From positions 1 through 40,844 of the IMG/VR virus record IMGVR_UViG_3300021399_000260: a DNA stretch of 40,844 nt; one strand, 5' to 3'. The stretch comes from a virus. A program made the translations under genes and the position numbers. The notes under the pieces are model-generated. The model saw only the letters and a program-made list of their open reading frames with translations. It did not search any database and was not told the DNA's origin. Of the stretch, positions 20,374-30,041 are shown piece by piece (position 1 is the first letter of the stretch; every line of letters begins with the position of its first letter).

Positions 20374-20664
20374 TTATGCTAGAGAATTAAAATCTTCAGC
20401 TATTTCTTTAGCTGTTTGCATTTGAATTGCAGGTTTTATATAACCTTTATTTTCATCAAACAGTACAATATCGCCCTCTTTTAAATATACATGTGCTTCT
20501 GATGTACTGTCGTACCCTTCACCTTTTTCAGTTAGTTTTGTTGTTAATGTTAAGTCTTTAAGTGTTTGTAATACGTTTTCATTTTCAAATGTTTTCTCTG
20601 TGTCTTTTTTTACGATTATTCCAGGATAACCTGTAATATCTGGTGTAATATAAAATTTTTCCAT
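20374..20664 (-). CDS. Hypothetical structural-module protein
   Basis: ORF in structural operon. Confidence 0.5.
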   Translation of the reverse strand: MEKFYITPDITGYPGIIVKKDTEKTFENENVLQTLKDLTLTTKLTEKGEGYDSTSEAHVYLKEGDIVLFDENKGYIKPAIQMQTAKEIAEDFNSLA

Positions 20665-20802
20665 ATTTTTACCTCCTTATATAAAATGGCTCTGGGAACT
20701 AGATTCGAACTAATAACCTAGCAGTCAAAGTGCTATGTGATACCTTTTCACTATCCCAGAATTTATAAAAAAAGAGGGGGAAAATTAATCTCCCCCTAGC
20801 TG

Positions 20803-21807
20803 TTAAATACCTTCGCCTGTTGCAACTTCATAAACTGTACCTACAATGTCGTCGCCAACTTCGTAGTCAGTTCCTGCAACTAATGCAGTATATACGTCTC
20901 CTTCTTTAGAGTAGTATGTTTTGTCTGCAAGATATTTTGTATCTGTAGTCTCAATATATGTTACTTCTGGCTCTGGTTCTGGCTCTGGAGAAGGTTCAGA
21001 ACCAGTTGCAAATTTGATTACTTCGATTTCATCTTGTGCAATTATCTTAGAACCAAATACGTCTAATCCTCTGATGTAATCAGCGAATTTTCTTTCCATT
21101 CTTCCAGCCTCAACTTCGTTGATTTGACCAGCGAATGCAACAGCTGTTTTAGTTCTAACCATTACATAAGTGTAACCGCCTTTTTTTAGTAAGTTGTTTG
21201 TCATGATTACTTTTGCAGAATCATACATACCAACTACACCTTTTTTAACTAACTCATCGTTAGCTGTTTTTAATTCGATTAATTCATTTTTGAATAATCT
21301 ATAGATAGCTGGAGAGATTTCAATTACAACGTCGTTGTCAACGTCTACGTTTCTTTCTCTTAATGCAACTAATGCATCATCTATAGCTGATTTAATGTTA
21401 GCTTGTGTTAATGTGTCGCAAGTAATATAGTTATTAGCACCTTCTGCTAAACCTGCAACATAAGAGTCTCTCTTAACTGCTAATGCGTGTACAGCTTTCT
21501 TTTGGAATTTTTGTGGTAAACCTGGTACAGATTGAGCCTTGTCTACATCATCAACTAAGAAAGCAAAATAGTTTCTTTGGTCGATTACTAGTTTTTGGTC
21601 TTTATCTGACATCTCTTCGATATCAATATCAGCACCAGTATATTGTCCTATTGTAGGATTTCCTACACCTAGGATAATTACAGTATTTGCATATTTGCAA
21701 TCTCCCTCATATTCTCTAGTACAGTTATCTACTAACTTACATTTTATTTCCAAATCATCTTGGATATTTTTTGACCATATTGTTTGAATAAATTTTGAAA
21801 CTGCCAT
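20803..21807 (-). CDS. Major capsid (coat) protein with C-terminal extension after a (PE)n linker
   Basis: Position after the scaffold gene; AGLAEGANNYITCDTLT...ALRERNVDVDNDVVIEISPAIYRLF; EPSPEPEPEPEVTYIETTDTKYLADKTYY. Confidence 0.75.
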   Translation of the reverse strand: MAVSKFIQTIWSKNIQDDLEIKCKLVDNCTREYEGDCKYANTVIILGVGNPTIGQYTGADIDIEEMSDKDQKLVIDQRNYFAFLVDDVDKAQSVPGLPQKFQKKAVHALAVKRDSYVAGLAEGANNYITCDTLTQANIKSAIDDALVALRERNVDVDNDVVIEISPAIYRLFKNELIELKTANDELVKKGVVGMYDSAKVIMTNNLLKKGGYTYVMVRTKTAVAFAGQINEVEAGRMERKFADYIRGLDVFGSKIIAQDEIEVIKFATGSEPSPEPEPEPEVTYIETTDTKYLADKTYYSKEGDVYTALVAGTDYEVGDDIVGTVYEVATGEGI

Positions 21808-21868
21808 GTTTCATTCCACCTTTCTTTAAGGTCGACCTATCAACTCTTAAAGATGTGAAATTCAAGTT

Positions 21869-22723
21869 TTACCAATTAATCATTGAGTCTTGTACTCTTT
21901 TAAATAACTCTGGATTTTTGTCGAAGTCTGCTTTAGTAAATCGCATTGCTTCTTCGTATGTATAAGAATCCTTTAATTGAGTTTGAGTTACATTACTCTT
22001 TGTACTTCCTGCTGAAGCTGGTTTAACTGGCTTAGGCTTGGCTTCTATTGACTTACCTTTCGCCATTAGATTATATAAATCTACTGCTTCAGTTATTGGC
22101 GTATTATAATTTAGTTTTGACCTAAAATTCTTGAATTTGTCATCTTCAAGAATTGCTAAATCATAACCTTTTTCATTTAATTCTTTTTTATTTTTTTGTT
22201 CTGTAATTTCTCTAGCTAAGCTTTCGAAAACTACATCATCATGAATGGTTCTTTGGTCTTTTGGTATGCTAGCAATACGATTAGCCTCTGAAACCATTTC
22301 GTTGTATCCTAAGGCTTCTATGTCCTTAGCATCTTCTCTTGCTAATATTCTTTCTTGTCTTTCTGTTAACTTATTAGAACGACTTTGAATATCAACATTG
22401 TAGAAATCACCTAGTTTTTTAACTAAATCATTTCTGTCTGTTGCTCCTAATTGTTTCGTTAGAACGTCTTCTATTTGGAACAATTGAGCATTGTTCTTTT
22501 CGAACTTTTCTTTCTCTCTAGCCCATCTACTGTCAAAGATTTTTTGACTGTTGTCATCATATTCTTTTTTTAGATTGGCTTTGATTTGTTCAACTTCTTC
22601 CTCTGAGTATGTTTTCACACCATCAGAGTTGTTTGATTCTGTTGTAGAATCATCTTGATTGACTTCAATAACTTCTTCGTCATCTAGTACAATCTCATTT
22701 TCATTATTTAGGTTTTCTTCCAT
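21869..22723 (-). CDS. Scaffolding protein
   Basis: Acidic, charged, EEVEQIKANLKKEYD...; lies between portal and coat. Confidence 0.7.
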   Translation of the reverse strand: MEENLNNENEIVLDDEEVIEVNQDDSTTESNNSDGVKTYSEEEVEQIKANLKKEYDDNSQKIFDSRWAREKEKFEKNNAQLFQIEDVLTKQLGATDRNDLVKKLGDFYNVDIQSRSNKLTERQERILAREDAKDIEALGYNEMVSEANRIASIPKDQRTIHDDVVFESLAREITEQKNKKELNEKGYDLAILEDDKFKNFRSKLNYNTPITEAVDLYNLMAKGKSIEAKPKPVKPASAGSTKSNVTQTQLKDSYTYEEAMRFTKADFDKNPELFKRVQDSMINW

Positions 22724-22811
22724 GTAAACCTCCCAGTTAAAGTCCGTATGACTATAGATTCCCTTGATAGCAGTTTTTTGCCTTACACATGTTTTGGGCT
22801 ATAAAAAAAGA

Positions 22812-22967
22812 CTACACTGATAACTCTTTGTTGTTACCAACATTGTCTTCTTCTTTTGGTATTTCTTCGGTTACTGTATAACCACATTTTCTGCAAGTGT
22901 GTGTTGCCATATTCCCCTCAACACTTACTACTCGCATTTCTATAAATTTACAATTTTTACAAAGCAT
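22812..22967 (-). CDS. Small zinc-ribbon protein (from internal Met)
   Basis: CKNCKFIEMRV...HTCRKCGYTV two CxxC knuckles. Confidence 0.5.
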   Translation of the reverse strand: MLCKNCKFIEMRVVSVEGNMATHTCRKCGYTVTEEIPKEEDNVGNNKELSV

Positions 22968-24666
22968 AATTTCCTCCTTGTGCGATTGTTTCGCCTTGCT
23001 GTGCAATATTGTTTATTTCACTATCAGTCATTATTTGATTTTCTTCGTCCATAACTTGATTCATTGCACTATCAATAGCATTTGCTTCCATTTGTATTTC
23101 TTGCATTTTTTGTTCTTGCTCTTGTCTATCTTTTAGTATCTTTTCAAGTTTTGGTTTATTTATCATTGCATCATCATCTAAGCTCTTTACATATTCCTCA
23201 AATGTTATGTATTTTCCAGCTAATAAGTTTTCAAGTGATTGTTCTTGAACTAACTTATCGTATGATGATTTAGGTGTAATATCTATTTTTATGTTTGGCT
23301 TTAATTGATTTAATTCTTCGTATGTTATTGTATATGGTTCTTCTGTTACTTTTCCTGTTACAGGGTCTTTTTTTTCTTCTGTAACTATTATTCCATCTAC
23401 TGAATATACTTGAAGCATATTAAACCAGATTCTTGCTATATCCTCTAAGAATACCTTAAATGAATTAAGTTGTTCATTAATTGGCTGTTGTGCTTGTTGT
23501 TGTAATGCTAAAATTGCTCGTCCACTTGCTTTTGTAGGGTCTACATTTCCTGTTACTGTATCTCCAGCACCAGCAAGTTGTTGGCTTCTATCAATTAAAT
23601 CTTGTTGTAAATTAAAAGCATCTGGACTCATTGTTGCAGGATCTAAATAATCAACTACTTGTCTAACATTGTTAGCAGGTATCTTAGTTAACTCTATTGT
23701 TGAACCTACTTCGTTCAGTGCCTCAGGATTATTGATATACTCAGTATTGGCTACTAGTTTAGGAAAAGCTCCTATCATTACTGCTATAGCTCTACGTGTT
23801 GCTGTTTTATTAATTTCTATTTGGTTAGGTATTTGCTGTTCTACTTCTCCTATACCTCTTGAATAACCTTTGATTCTTTCCCATAACATATGAGCTACTG
23901 GATAATATGTAAGTTTTGTATCATCTTCTGGCATGATTGTTACTGTTCTAGTACACTTCTTAACCCATACAGTACCGTTTTTCTTGAAATATTTAAGCAA
24001 TACTAAGCACATTGGACTTACTTCATTTACTCTCTTTTCGTGATTAGTTTGTTCAAAATATTCTTGGTCTGATACTATTGAATCAATTATTTCTTCCTTA
24101 ACCCCATATTTTCTTGCTTCTTCTTTTACACTGTCTACCGTTTTTCTATAGCTTATAATGATATATGGCTGGTCTTGTATGCTGTCATCATTTTCGTTAC
24201 CATAAAAAATATTTACTTTATCTAATAACTCTAACTTGATATCGCCATCTTCTTCATAAGAATGAACTATACCTTCTGAGCATATACAGCTGTCTTTTAG
24301 GGCTTCATCTGTCTTAAATTTTACTTGCTCTAGTTCCCATATACGATTAACATATCTGTTTAAGCTATGACATATCTTTTCTAATCTTTTATATTCCTCT
24401 AAATCTAACCATGTATTTGGATTAAAAACTACTTGGTATTGATTAGTTTTAACAACACCAACTTTGAACTTAACAATAGGCTTTATTACGTTTAATGTGA
24501 TAGGTTGTACGTTTCCTAACTCCGCACCTTCCCATTGGTTACCATGATAAAAATTATACTGTTTGTCTGTCTTATTAAATAGATTTAATGTATTGTTATA
24601 ATTCTTACCCTTTTCATAATCTACAAAAACATCAGTCATATTTTTCGAATTTTGTAAATCTTTCAT
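22957..24666 (-). CDS. Portal protein
   Basis: NQWEGAELGNVQPITLNVIKPIVKFKVGVVKTNQYQVVFNPN...TGNVDPTKASGRAILALQQQAQQP. Confidence 0.85.
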   Translation of the reverse strand: MKDLQNSKNMTDVFVDYEKGKNYNNTLNLFNKTDKQYNFYHGNQWEGAELGNVQPITLNVIKPIVKFKVGVVKTNQYQVVFNPNTWLDLEEYKRLEKICHSLNRYVNRIWELEQVKFKTDEALKDSCICSEGIVHSYEEDGDIKLELLDKVNIFYGNENDDSIQDQPYIIISYRKTVDSVKEEARKYGVKEEIIDSIVSDQEYFEQTNHEKRVNEVSPMCLVLLKYFKKNGTVWVKKCTRTVTIMPEDDTKLTYYPVAHMLWERIKGYSRGIGEVEQQIPNQIEINKTATRRAIAVMIGAFPKLVANTEYINNPEALNEVGSTIELTKIPANNVRQVVDYLDPATMSPDAFNLQQDLIDRSQQLAGAGDTVTGNVDPTKASGRAILALQQQAQQPINEQLNSFKVFLEDIARIWFNMLQVYSVDGIIVTEEKKDPVTGKVTEEPYTITYEELNQLKPNIKIDITPKSSYDKLVQEQSLENLLAGKYITFEEYVKSLDDDAMINKPKLEKILKDRQEQEQKMQEIQMEANAIDSAMNQVMDEENQIMTDSEINNIAQQGETIAQGGNYAL

Positions 24667-24679
24667 TTTCTCACCTCAT

Positions 24680-24931
24680 TTATTTTTTTATTGGTTTTTG
24701 TCCTTTGCTTGAACCGTCGAACTTATCAATATTATTGAGTACTTCATTTAATTGGTTTATTTTTTTGTTTTGTTCTTGTTTCTTCTTTACGTTAGTTACC
24801 TCGGTTCTAACTTTATCTGCTACTTTAATTGGATTTACTTCAGGTAATTTCTTTGTGTCTGCTAATTTATAGCCAAAATAAAATCCTATGCATAAGCATA
24901 AGACTGTAAAAATTGTATATAGTAAAGTCAT
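24680..24931 (-). CDS. Small membrane-anchored protein
   Basis: N-terminal hydrophobic segment LLYTIFTVLCLCIGFYFGYKL. Confidence 0.5.
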   Translation of the reverse strand: MTLLYTIFTVLCLCIGFYFGYKLADTKKLPEVNPIKVADKVRTEVTNVKKKQEQNKKINQLNEVLNNIDKFDGSSKGQKPIKK

Positions 24932-24977
24932 ATTTCATCTTCCTTTCGGCAAATTTCGACATTATTTAACATTTTTC

Positions 24978-26633
24978 TTAAATAGGTTTTATCTTACTAC
25001 CAAAATCACGTGAGATTGGTTTTTGAACGTTTTTGAATCCGAAGGCTTGTAACATGTCTTTGTGTTCTTTTTCTACGTCAATTTTGATTTTCATTGATTG
25101 CTGTGTACGTATGTAATATGTTATAGCTAACCCCATAACTAGATCATCATGATAACCTTGCTCAGCTTCTGGTCTTCCTACTTTGTTTTTGATAAATACT
25201 AGCATTTCCTGTAAAGTCTCTACGTCGTTTATCTTATTTATTTCATTTGCTACTATTTCTTGTAGCTGTGCTAATATAAGAGGTCTTGTAATAGTTGTTG
25301 TTTTAAATCCATAAGACATTTCATACTTATCTATTGACGTATCTTCTTTTTCTCTTACATATAATTTTGGATAATTCATTTCAGCTAATTTGTTTGTTGG
25401 ATATGTACTAAAATTGTTTTCTAAACCTATTAAGGCTTCATTATAGTATTTACCTAAGCAGTAGACTTGTTTTACGTATTCAAGCTCCTCACATTGCATT
25501 TTAAGAGTTGCTACTTGCTCACCTGTAATGTTATCTATTACATGTGCTGTAAAGAAATCTGAACCTTCTCCTGCTGTATCTCCACCTAGTACGTAAGGTC
25601 TACCTTTTTCAGGTTTCTTATATATTTTTATGTCACCCTGTTTATCTTCTTTTAATTTAATTTTTCTTATTTTAGTACCGTCATACTCACAAAAAAAAGA
25701 ACCTCTTAATATCGGCTCTTTCTTTCTTATTTCTTCAATTCTATTAATTATCACTTCTTTATTGAAGTAACATCTACCAGTTGATAAAAATGCTTCTTCT
25801 GGTGTTATAGGATACTCTTGTTTGAATATATCTATATCGCCACCGCAGTTGTTATTTATACACCATCTACGCCATGTTAGCTGTTCTAACGACAAATTAT
25901 ATTTCTCTTGCAAAAGTTTTTCTTCATCAGTTAATTTAAAACCTGTATATGGCATTTGGTATTCTTTTAATTCATTCCACCCTACAAATAATGGATAGAA
26001 CTCATTTTCTCCAGCTACAGCTTTATCCCATAGTTCTTTAAAGTACTCATATCCATTTGCTGTAGATTCTATAATAACAACTGAATCTAACGTATTTGGT
26101 ACTGCTTGTAATAATCCTATTAGTGTTTTCTTTTTGTCACCTTCCCAGAACGCTAACTCTGATAAGTGCAAATTAATAAATGTATCTGAACGACCTATAC
26201 CATTTCCACCTGCTGTCATACACTTTATTCTGCTGTTTAAACCTGTATTAAATTTATTATTAAATACTAGCTCTTTAGCATTTGATTTTTTTCTAGCTGG
26301 TTTCATTGGTTCTGGCAAGTTTTCATAATATAATTTTGACATTTCAAATAAGTTTGTTGTACTGTTCTCTTTATGTGCTACTATTCCAGAACTAACATTA
26401 TGCTTTGTAGCTGTTTTCTTAAATAGTATTGCCTCTGTAACAGTACTAAATCCCATTTGTCTTGCCTTTAATATTATTATTCTAATCGGTTTACCCTCGT
26501 TATGAAGCTTCTTTATTACATCATAGTATTTTTGTTGTGGTTCATTTAAAACCAAAGGAACTATTTGAGATTCTTTATTTCGAATCTTCAAATAGTTCTC
26601 TATATATTTTTTTGTATTAATAGTCATCTTCAT
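24978..26633 (-). CDS. terL: Terminase large subunit
   Basis: Walker-like ILKARQMGFSTVTEAILF, nuclease region GGDTAGEGSDFF, GRPEAEQGYHDDLVMGLAI. Confidence 0.92.
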   Translation of the reverse strand: MKMTINTKKYIENYLKIRNKESQIVPLVLNEPQQKYYDVIKKLHNEGKPIRIIILKARQMGFSTVTEAILFKKTATKHNVSSGIVAHKENSTTNLFEMSKLYYENLPEPMKPARKKSNAKELVFNNKFNTGLNSRIKCMTAGGNGIGRSDTFINLHLSELAFWEGDKKKTLIGLLQAVPNTLDSVVIIESTANGYEYFKELWDKAVAGENEFYPLFVGWNELKEYQMPYTGFKLTDEEKLLQEKYNLSLEQLTWRRWCINNNCGGDIDIFKQEYPITPEEAFLSTGRCYFNKEVIINRIEEIRKKEPILRGSFFCEYDGTKIRKIKLKEDKQGDIKIYKKPEKGRPYVLGGDTAGEGSDFFTAHVIDNITGEQVATLKMQCEELEYVKQVYCLGKYYNEALIGLENNFSTYPTNKLAEMNYPKLYVREKEDTSIDKYEMSYGFKTTTITRPLILAQLQEIVANEINKINDVETLQEMLVFIKNKVGRPEAEQGYHDDLVMGLAITYYIRTQQSMKIKIDVEKEHKDMLQAFGFKNVQKPISRDFGSKIKPI

Positions 26634-27162
26634 CAGCTACTTTGTTGATGTAATCTTCATAACTCATGTTTATATTCATATTTGTTTCTTTAAACATTCC
26701 TAGATGTTTGCCTAATAATTCTAATGCACCTTTTTTGTCGTTTGTCTTAATCTTGGTTGTTTCCTCTGGTATATGTTCAATAGGAATGCCACCGCCAAAC
26801 TCTAATTTCATTGCACCTGCTTTTTGTGTTACTTCAATAGCAGAAATTGCTCCAGCAGTATCATCATCTAAATCTTTAACATCTTTGAGCGTTCCTTGTT
26901 CCGTAAATATATTTTTAATATTAAAAAATGCTATTTTAGCAAGTTCTTTTATAACCATGTCTTGTGTTATTTCTGTTCTTTTTGTTCTGTCTTCTATTCT
27001 TTTATCTATATACGCTTTGACATTAACATTTCTTAACAATCTACTCGCACTTGCAGTTACAGTTTCATCTTTTTTGCAATCCTTGTAAACTGCTTTATAT
27101 GCTCTAGTTGCATTCATATCTATTAAGTATTCATCACAGAATAATTTTTGTTTATCAGTCAT
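26617..27162 (-). CDS. terS: Terminase small subunit
   Basis: MTDKQKLFCDEYLIDMNATRAYKAVYKD...ASRLLRNVNVKAYIDKRI. Confidence 0.9.
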   Translation of the reverse strand: MTDKQKLFCDEYLIDMNATRAYKAVYKDCKKDETVTASASRLLRNVNVKAYIDKRIEDRTKRTEITQDMVIKELAKIAFFNIKNIFTEQGTLKDVKDLDDDTAGAISAIEVTQKAGAMKLEFGGGIPIEHIPEETTKIKTNDKKGALELLGKHLGMFKETNMNINMSYEDYINKVADEDDY

Positions 27163-27182
27163 ATTTCAGACCTCCCCTATTT

Positions 27183-27533
27183 TTAAGAGTTTTGTTTCTC
27201 TATTATTTTGTTTATTAAATTGATTGTTTTTGTATTCTTAGGAACTTTTAATCCTAATATATTCGCTAACTCAAATAGCTCTTCTCTTGTCATTTCTTCT
27301 AAGCTGTTATTTGATTTAACTTCTTTAGCTTCTTCATATGGTTTAGCAAATTTAATATTAAACTTGTTATCTCCCATTAACTCTTTAGCTCTTTTTTCTG
27401 ATACATCTAATATCGTCCCTACTTTTATTACTTTAGCTCCATTTGTTAGATCATAAAAATAATCTGCTGGTTTTCCTTCACTATTGATATATGGTATTGT
27501 TATTACTTTCATTCTTTTCTTCACCTGCCTCAC
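27183..27533 (-). CDS. Small protein with C-terminal SAP/HeH-like segment
   Basis: MTREELFELANILGLKVPKNTKTINLINKIIEKQNS. Confidence 0.5.
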   Translation of the reverse strand: MRQVKKRMKVITIPYINSEGKPADYFYDLTNGAKVIKVGTILDVSEKRAKELMGDNKFNIKFAKPYEEAKEVKSNNSLEEMTREELFELANILGLKVPKNTKTINLINKIIEKQNS

Positions 27534-27891
27534 ATATTGTTGTATTTTTTATCGTTATATGTATCCCTTCACACTTGTTTTTTAAAGTACAATTCTTACA
27601 CTTTTTTTGATGTCTTTCGAACAATTCTTTTTGTGTCATATAATCACCTCTTAAACATGTTATAAACACTACACAATAGAAATAGTTATAGAATATTGCA
27701 CTCTATGTTATTTCTACTGTGTACTATATATAAGTTGCCTATACAGACGTACGATTCTGTATTCACGGACATAAGCCAAATCCGACATATTTTTTTAACA
27801 TGTAAAACAATATATCTCTCACGTTGATATATAAATGAGGCTGTTGATTATGTGTCACTATTTATCATTCACACACTATTGAATGTACCTA

Positions 27892-27966
27892 TGGCATAGG
27901 TTAAAGGTCTTGCACCCTTATCTTGCAGTTTTGGAGACCGCTGTTTTGCTTTTAAACTAAACCCAT
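27892..27966 (-). tRNA. Atypical tRNA-Trp(CCA), encoded 3' CCA
   Basis: 75 nt; 7-bp acceptor ATGGGTT/AACCTAT (one G-U), D stem GTTT/AAAC, anticodon arm GCGGT-CTCCAAA-ACTGC, T arm AAGGG-TGCAAGA-CCTTT, G then CCA. Confidence 0.7.
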
Positions 27967-28093
27967 ATATTTAGCCTTAACTAGAATCAGCTGGAGAGTT
28001 TCTGGTCAACTACAATAATACTTAATTCTTGGAGCCTCTTTATGAGAATATATATCAACTATCTAGTATTGTTAATATCTATTATAGGAGCTT

Positions 28094-28225
28094 TGTGTAG
28101 GTTAGGATTTGCACCTAACATAAAAGCCTTCAGATAACCGTCAACAGCTTTCCTTCCCTCCCTTTCTCTTTTTGACAACCATGAGATACGGTTTTAAGAG
28201 TGTCTACCTATTCCACCACTACACA
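28094..28225 (-). tRNA. tRNA-Leu-like 5' half and T arm/acceptor with ~45 extra nt in the middle
   Basis: TGTGTAG-TG-GTGGAATAGGTAGACAC ... GTTAGGTGCAAATCCTAAC CTACACA; acceptor 7/7 pairs; 132 nt versus ~85 expected. Confidence 0.4.
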
Positions 28226-28233
28226 TTTCTTTA

Positions 28234-28267
28234 AAAGAAGATTACCGTTTTTTCGGCAATCTTCTTT
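28234..28267 (-). terminator. Strong hairpin between tRNA-like genes
   Basis: aaagaagattaccg-tttttt-cggcaatcttcttt. Confidence 0.45.
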
Positions 28268-28304
28268 GGATTAAATGAAAAAATCTATTTAGCAATAGTT
28301 TTTT

Positions 28305-28380
28305 TGGTTGCGACGTACTAGAATCGAACTAGTTTAATCTGGTTTATGAGACCAGCAAGATGCCTTACCTTCCACTCGCA
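28305..28380 (-). tRNA. tRNA-Met/Ile2-like (CAT), encoded CCA
   Basis: Anticodon arm CTGGT-CTCATAA-ACCAG; T arm ACTAG-TTCGATT-CTAGT; TGCGA/TCGCA acceptor ends; ACCA. Confidence 0.55.
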
Positions 28381-28547
28381 GTATGTAAAAATATATTATT
28401 AGACCTTCGCCTTACATCAACATAACTCTTACAATTATTCAGTCAACAAGGAGATAAGTCTGAGCATTAAGGAGCTACCTTAATACTTCTTACCCCTTTC
28501 CATGCTTGTATAGGATTGCTTACCTATAAATTTCACCCATCATTCAG

Positions 28548-28620
28548 AATTGTATTTAGGATTCGAACCTAAGACCTTACGGACCTACAACCGTACGCTC
28601 TACCACTGAGCTAATTCAGC
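28548..28620 (-). tRNA. tRNA-like gene with 8-nt anticodon loop (TTGTAGGT)
   Basis: D arm GCTC-AGTGGTA-GAGC, anticodon arm TACGG-TTGTAGGT-CCGTA, T arm TTAGG-TTCGAAT-CCTAA; acceptor weak (5 of 7 pairs), no encoded CCA. Confidence 0.5.
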
Positions 28621-29118
28621 TGTCCCTTGGGCTACTTTAACCTATTAGTGCCTTATATCTTCTTTTCAGAATCTTCATGGGAAACGGTATTTTTTTGATT
28701 TTACCTCGATTGACTTACAAGTATCACCTTGTAGTATAGGGGCTTATTTCCTAACATAGGACGTCTATTGTTACCGCGACACCTTTAGTACCTGATTGTA
28801 CGTTATATCTTTGCACATTACCTCGTCGTTGATGTTTCCATCTTCTGATTGCATATTACTATACAATCACCGCAACCTTATGCAAGTATCCTTACATCTG
28901 ATTACTCCATTCGGTAATTCCATGCCTAATGATATTTAGTCTTCACATGGTTAATAATATATTTACTGGCAAGAGACTGTTTTATAATGACTTAAAGGTA
29001 CAATCCCAATGAAACCTACTGGTATCTCTTTCGGAAGAATAATTATGAAATATTCCATATATAATATAGCATAAAAAAATGTCAGATTATATACAGAAAG
29101 TGTCAGAACTTTTATTTT

Positions 29119-29577
29119 TTACATTATTTTGGAATAGAGGAACAATGCTTCTCCATGCAAATCACCTGAAACATATCTTTCGTTATATCCTACTTTTTTT
29201 GCTACTTCCGACCATTTCATATTCCTAGAATACCTGTAAAATAATACATCTCTATAAGTATCTGGAAGTAAATCAATATTTTTGTCAATTCGAAACTTGT
29301 TTTCTAATATTTGAGCCATTCTGAGTGACATCTGCCCTTTCAGTTCTTCTATTCTTGATATTCCATCAGCGAATTTGTCAGGACTTGCTCCTCCACTAAA
29401 ACTTTTAGATGGTGTTAAAACAGTTGTAATGCTTTCTAATTTAGTTCTAATTTCCTCTGTATCACTTAATTTTTCATTTATGTATTCCATATCATTCTTA
29501 TACTGTGTCAATTCCTTTTTAGCTAATTTAATTTTTATTTTTTCCATATCAGTTAAAACACGTTTCTTTTTAGACAT
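29119..29577 (-). CDS. DUF1492/ArpU-like phage transcription regulator (sigma-70 region 4-like HTH)
   Basis: LLPDTYRDVLFYRYSRNMKWSEVAKKVGYNERYV. Confidence 0.65.
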   Translation of the reverse strand: MSKKKRVLTDMEKIKIKLAKKELTQYKNDMEYINEKLSDTEEIRTKLESITTVLTPSKSFSGGASPDKFADGISRIEELKGQMSLRMAQILENKFRIDKNIDLLPDTYRDVLFYRYSRNMKWSEVAKKVGYNERYVSGDLHGEALFLYSKIM

Positions 29578-29707
29578 ATTACATTCCTCCTTAGTTATTC
29601 ATATCTATTTCTGTAGTTCCATTACGTATATTTTCTTCTATTTGTTTTGCTAATTCTTTTTTATCAACTTCAACTTCTTTATTCATTTTTTAATCCTCCT
29701 TCTGATA

Positions 29708-30022
29708 CTAACACCACTCTAGCACTTTATTGCAGTTATCATTAATTAACTCTTGCATTTCTTTGTTATTAATAAGCCAATCGTCTGTTTCTTTATAATG
29801 TTCTTTATGATCTTCATTATATAATTCTATAAATTCCTTAAACTCCTTTGCTGTTAAAACTATTTGTGGATTACATTCATAAGTCCAACTTTCCTCTCCA
29901 GTAATATATTCATGTTCTAGTAACCATTTATAGCTTTTTAAATCTTCTTCTGTTGTATATCCATATAATTTTCCTGCACAATATGCATGTTTCATTTTAC
30001 TTATTTCTAATCTATATCCCAT
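29708..30022 (-). CDS. Hypothetical protein
   Basis: ORF track. Confidence 0.5.
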   Translation of the reverse strand: MGYRLEISKMKHAYCAGKLYGYTTEEDLKSYKWLLEHEYITGEESWTYECNPQIVLTAKEFKEFIELYNEDHKEHYKETDDWLINNKEMQELINDNCNKVLEWC

Positions 30023-30041
30023 CTTCTATCCCTCAACTTTT

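Noticed and set aside
28548-28620. The 8-nt-loop tRNA as the decoder of CGGN
   Set aside because: The loop TTGTAGGT contains no NCCG complement, so a direct role is not supported by base pairing.
28776-28983. Short reading frames MELPNGVIRCKDTCIRL-CGG-TGA and MQSEDGNINDEV...VLKVS-CGG-TAA in the non-coding block, where a +1 skip would bypass the immediate stop
   Set aside because: No ribosome-binding site, frames end soon after either way and no recognisable protein. Probably coincidental, so not counted as evidence.
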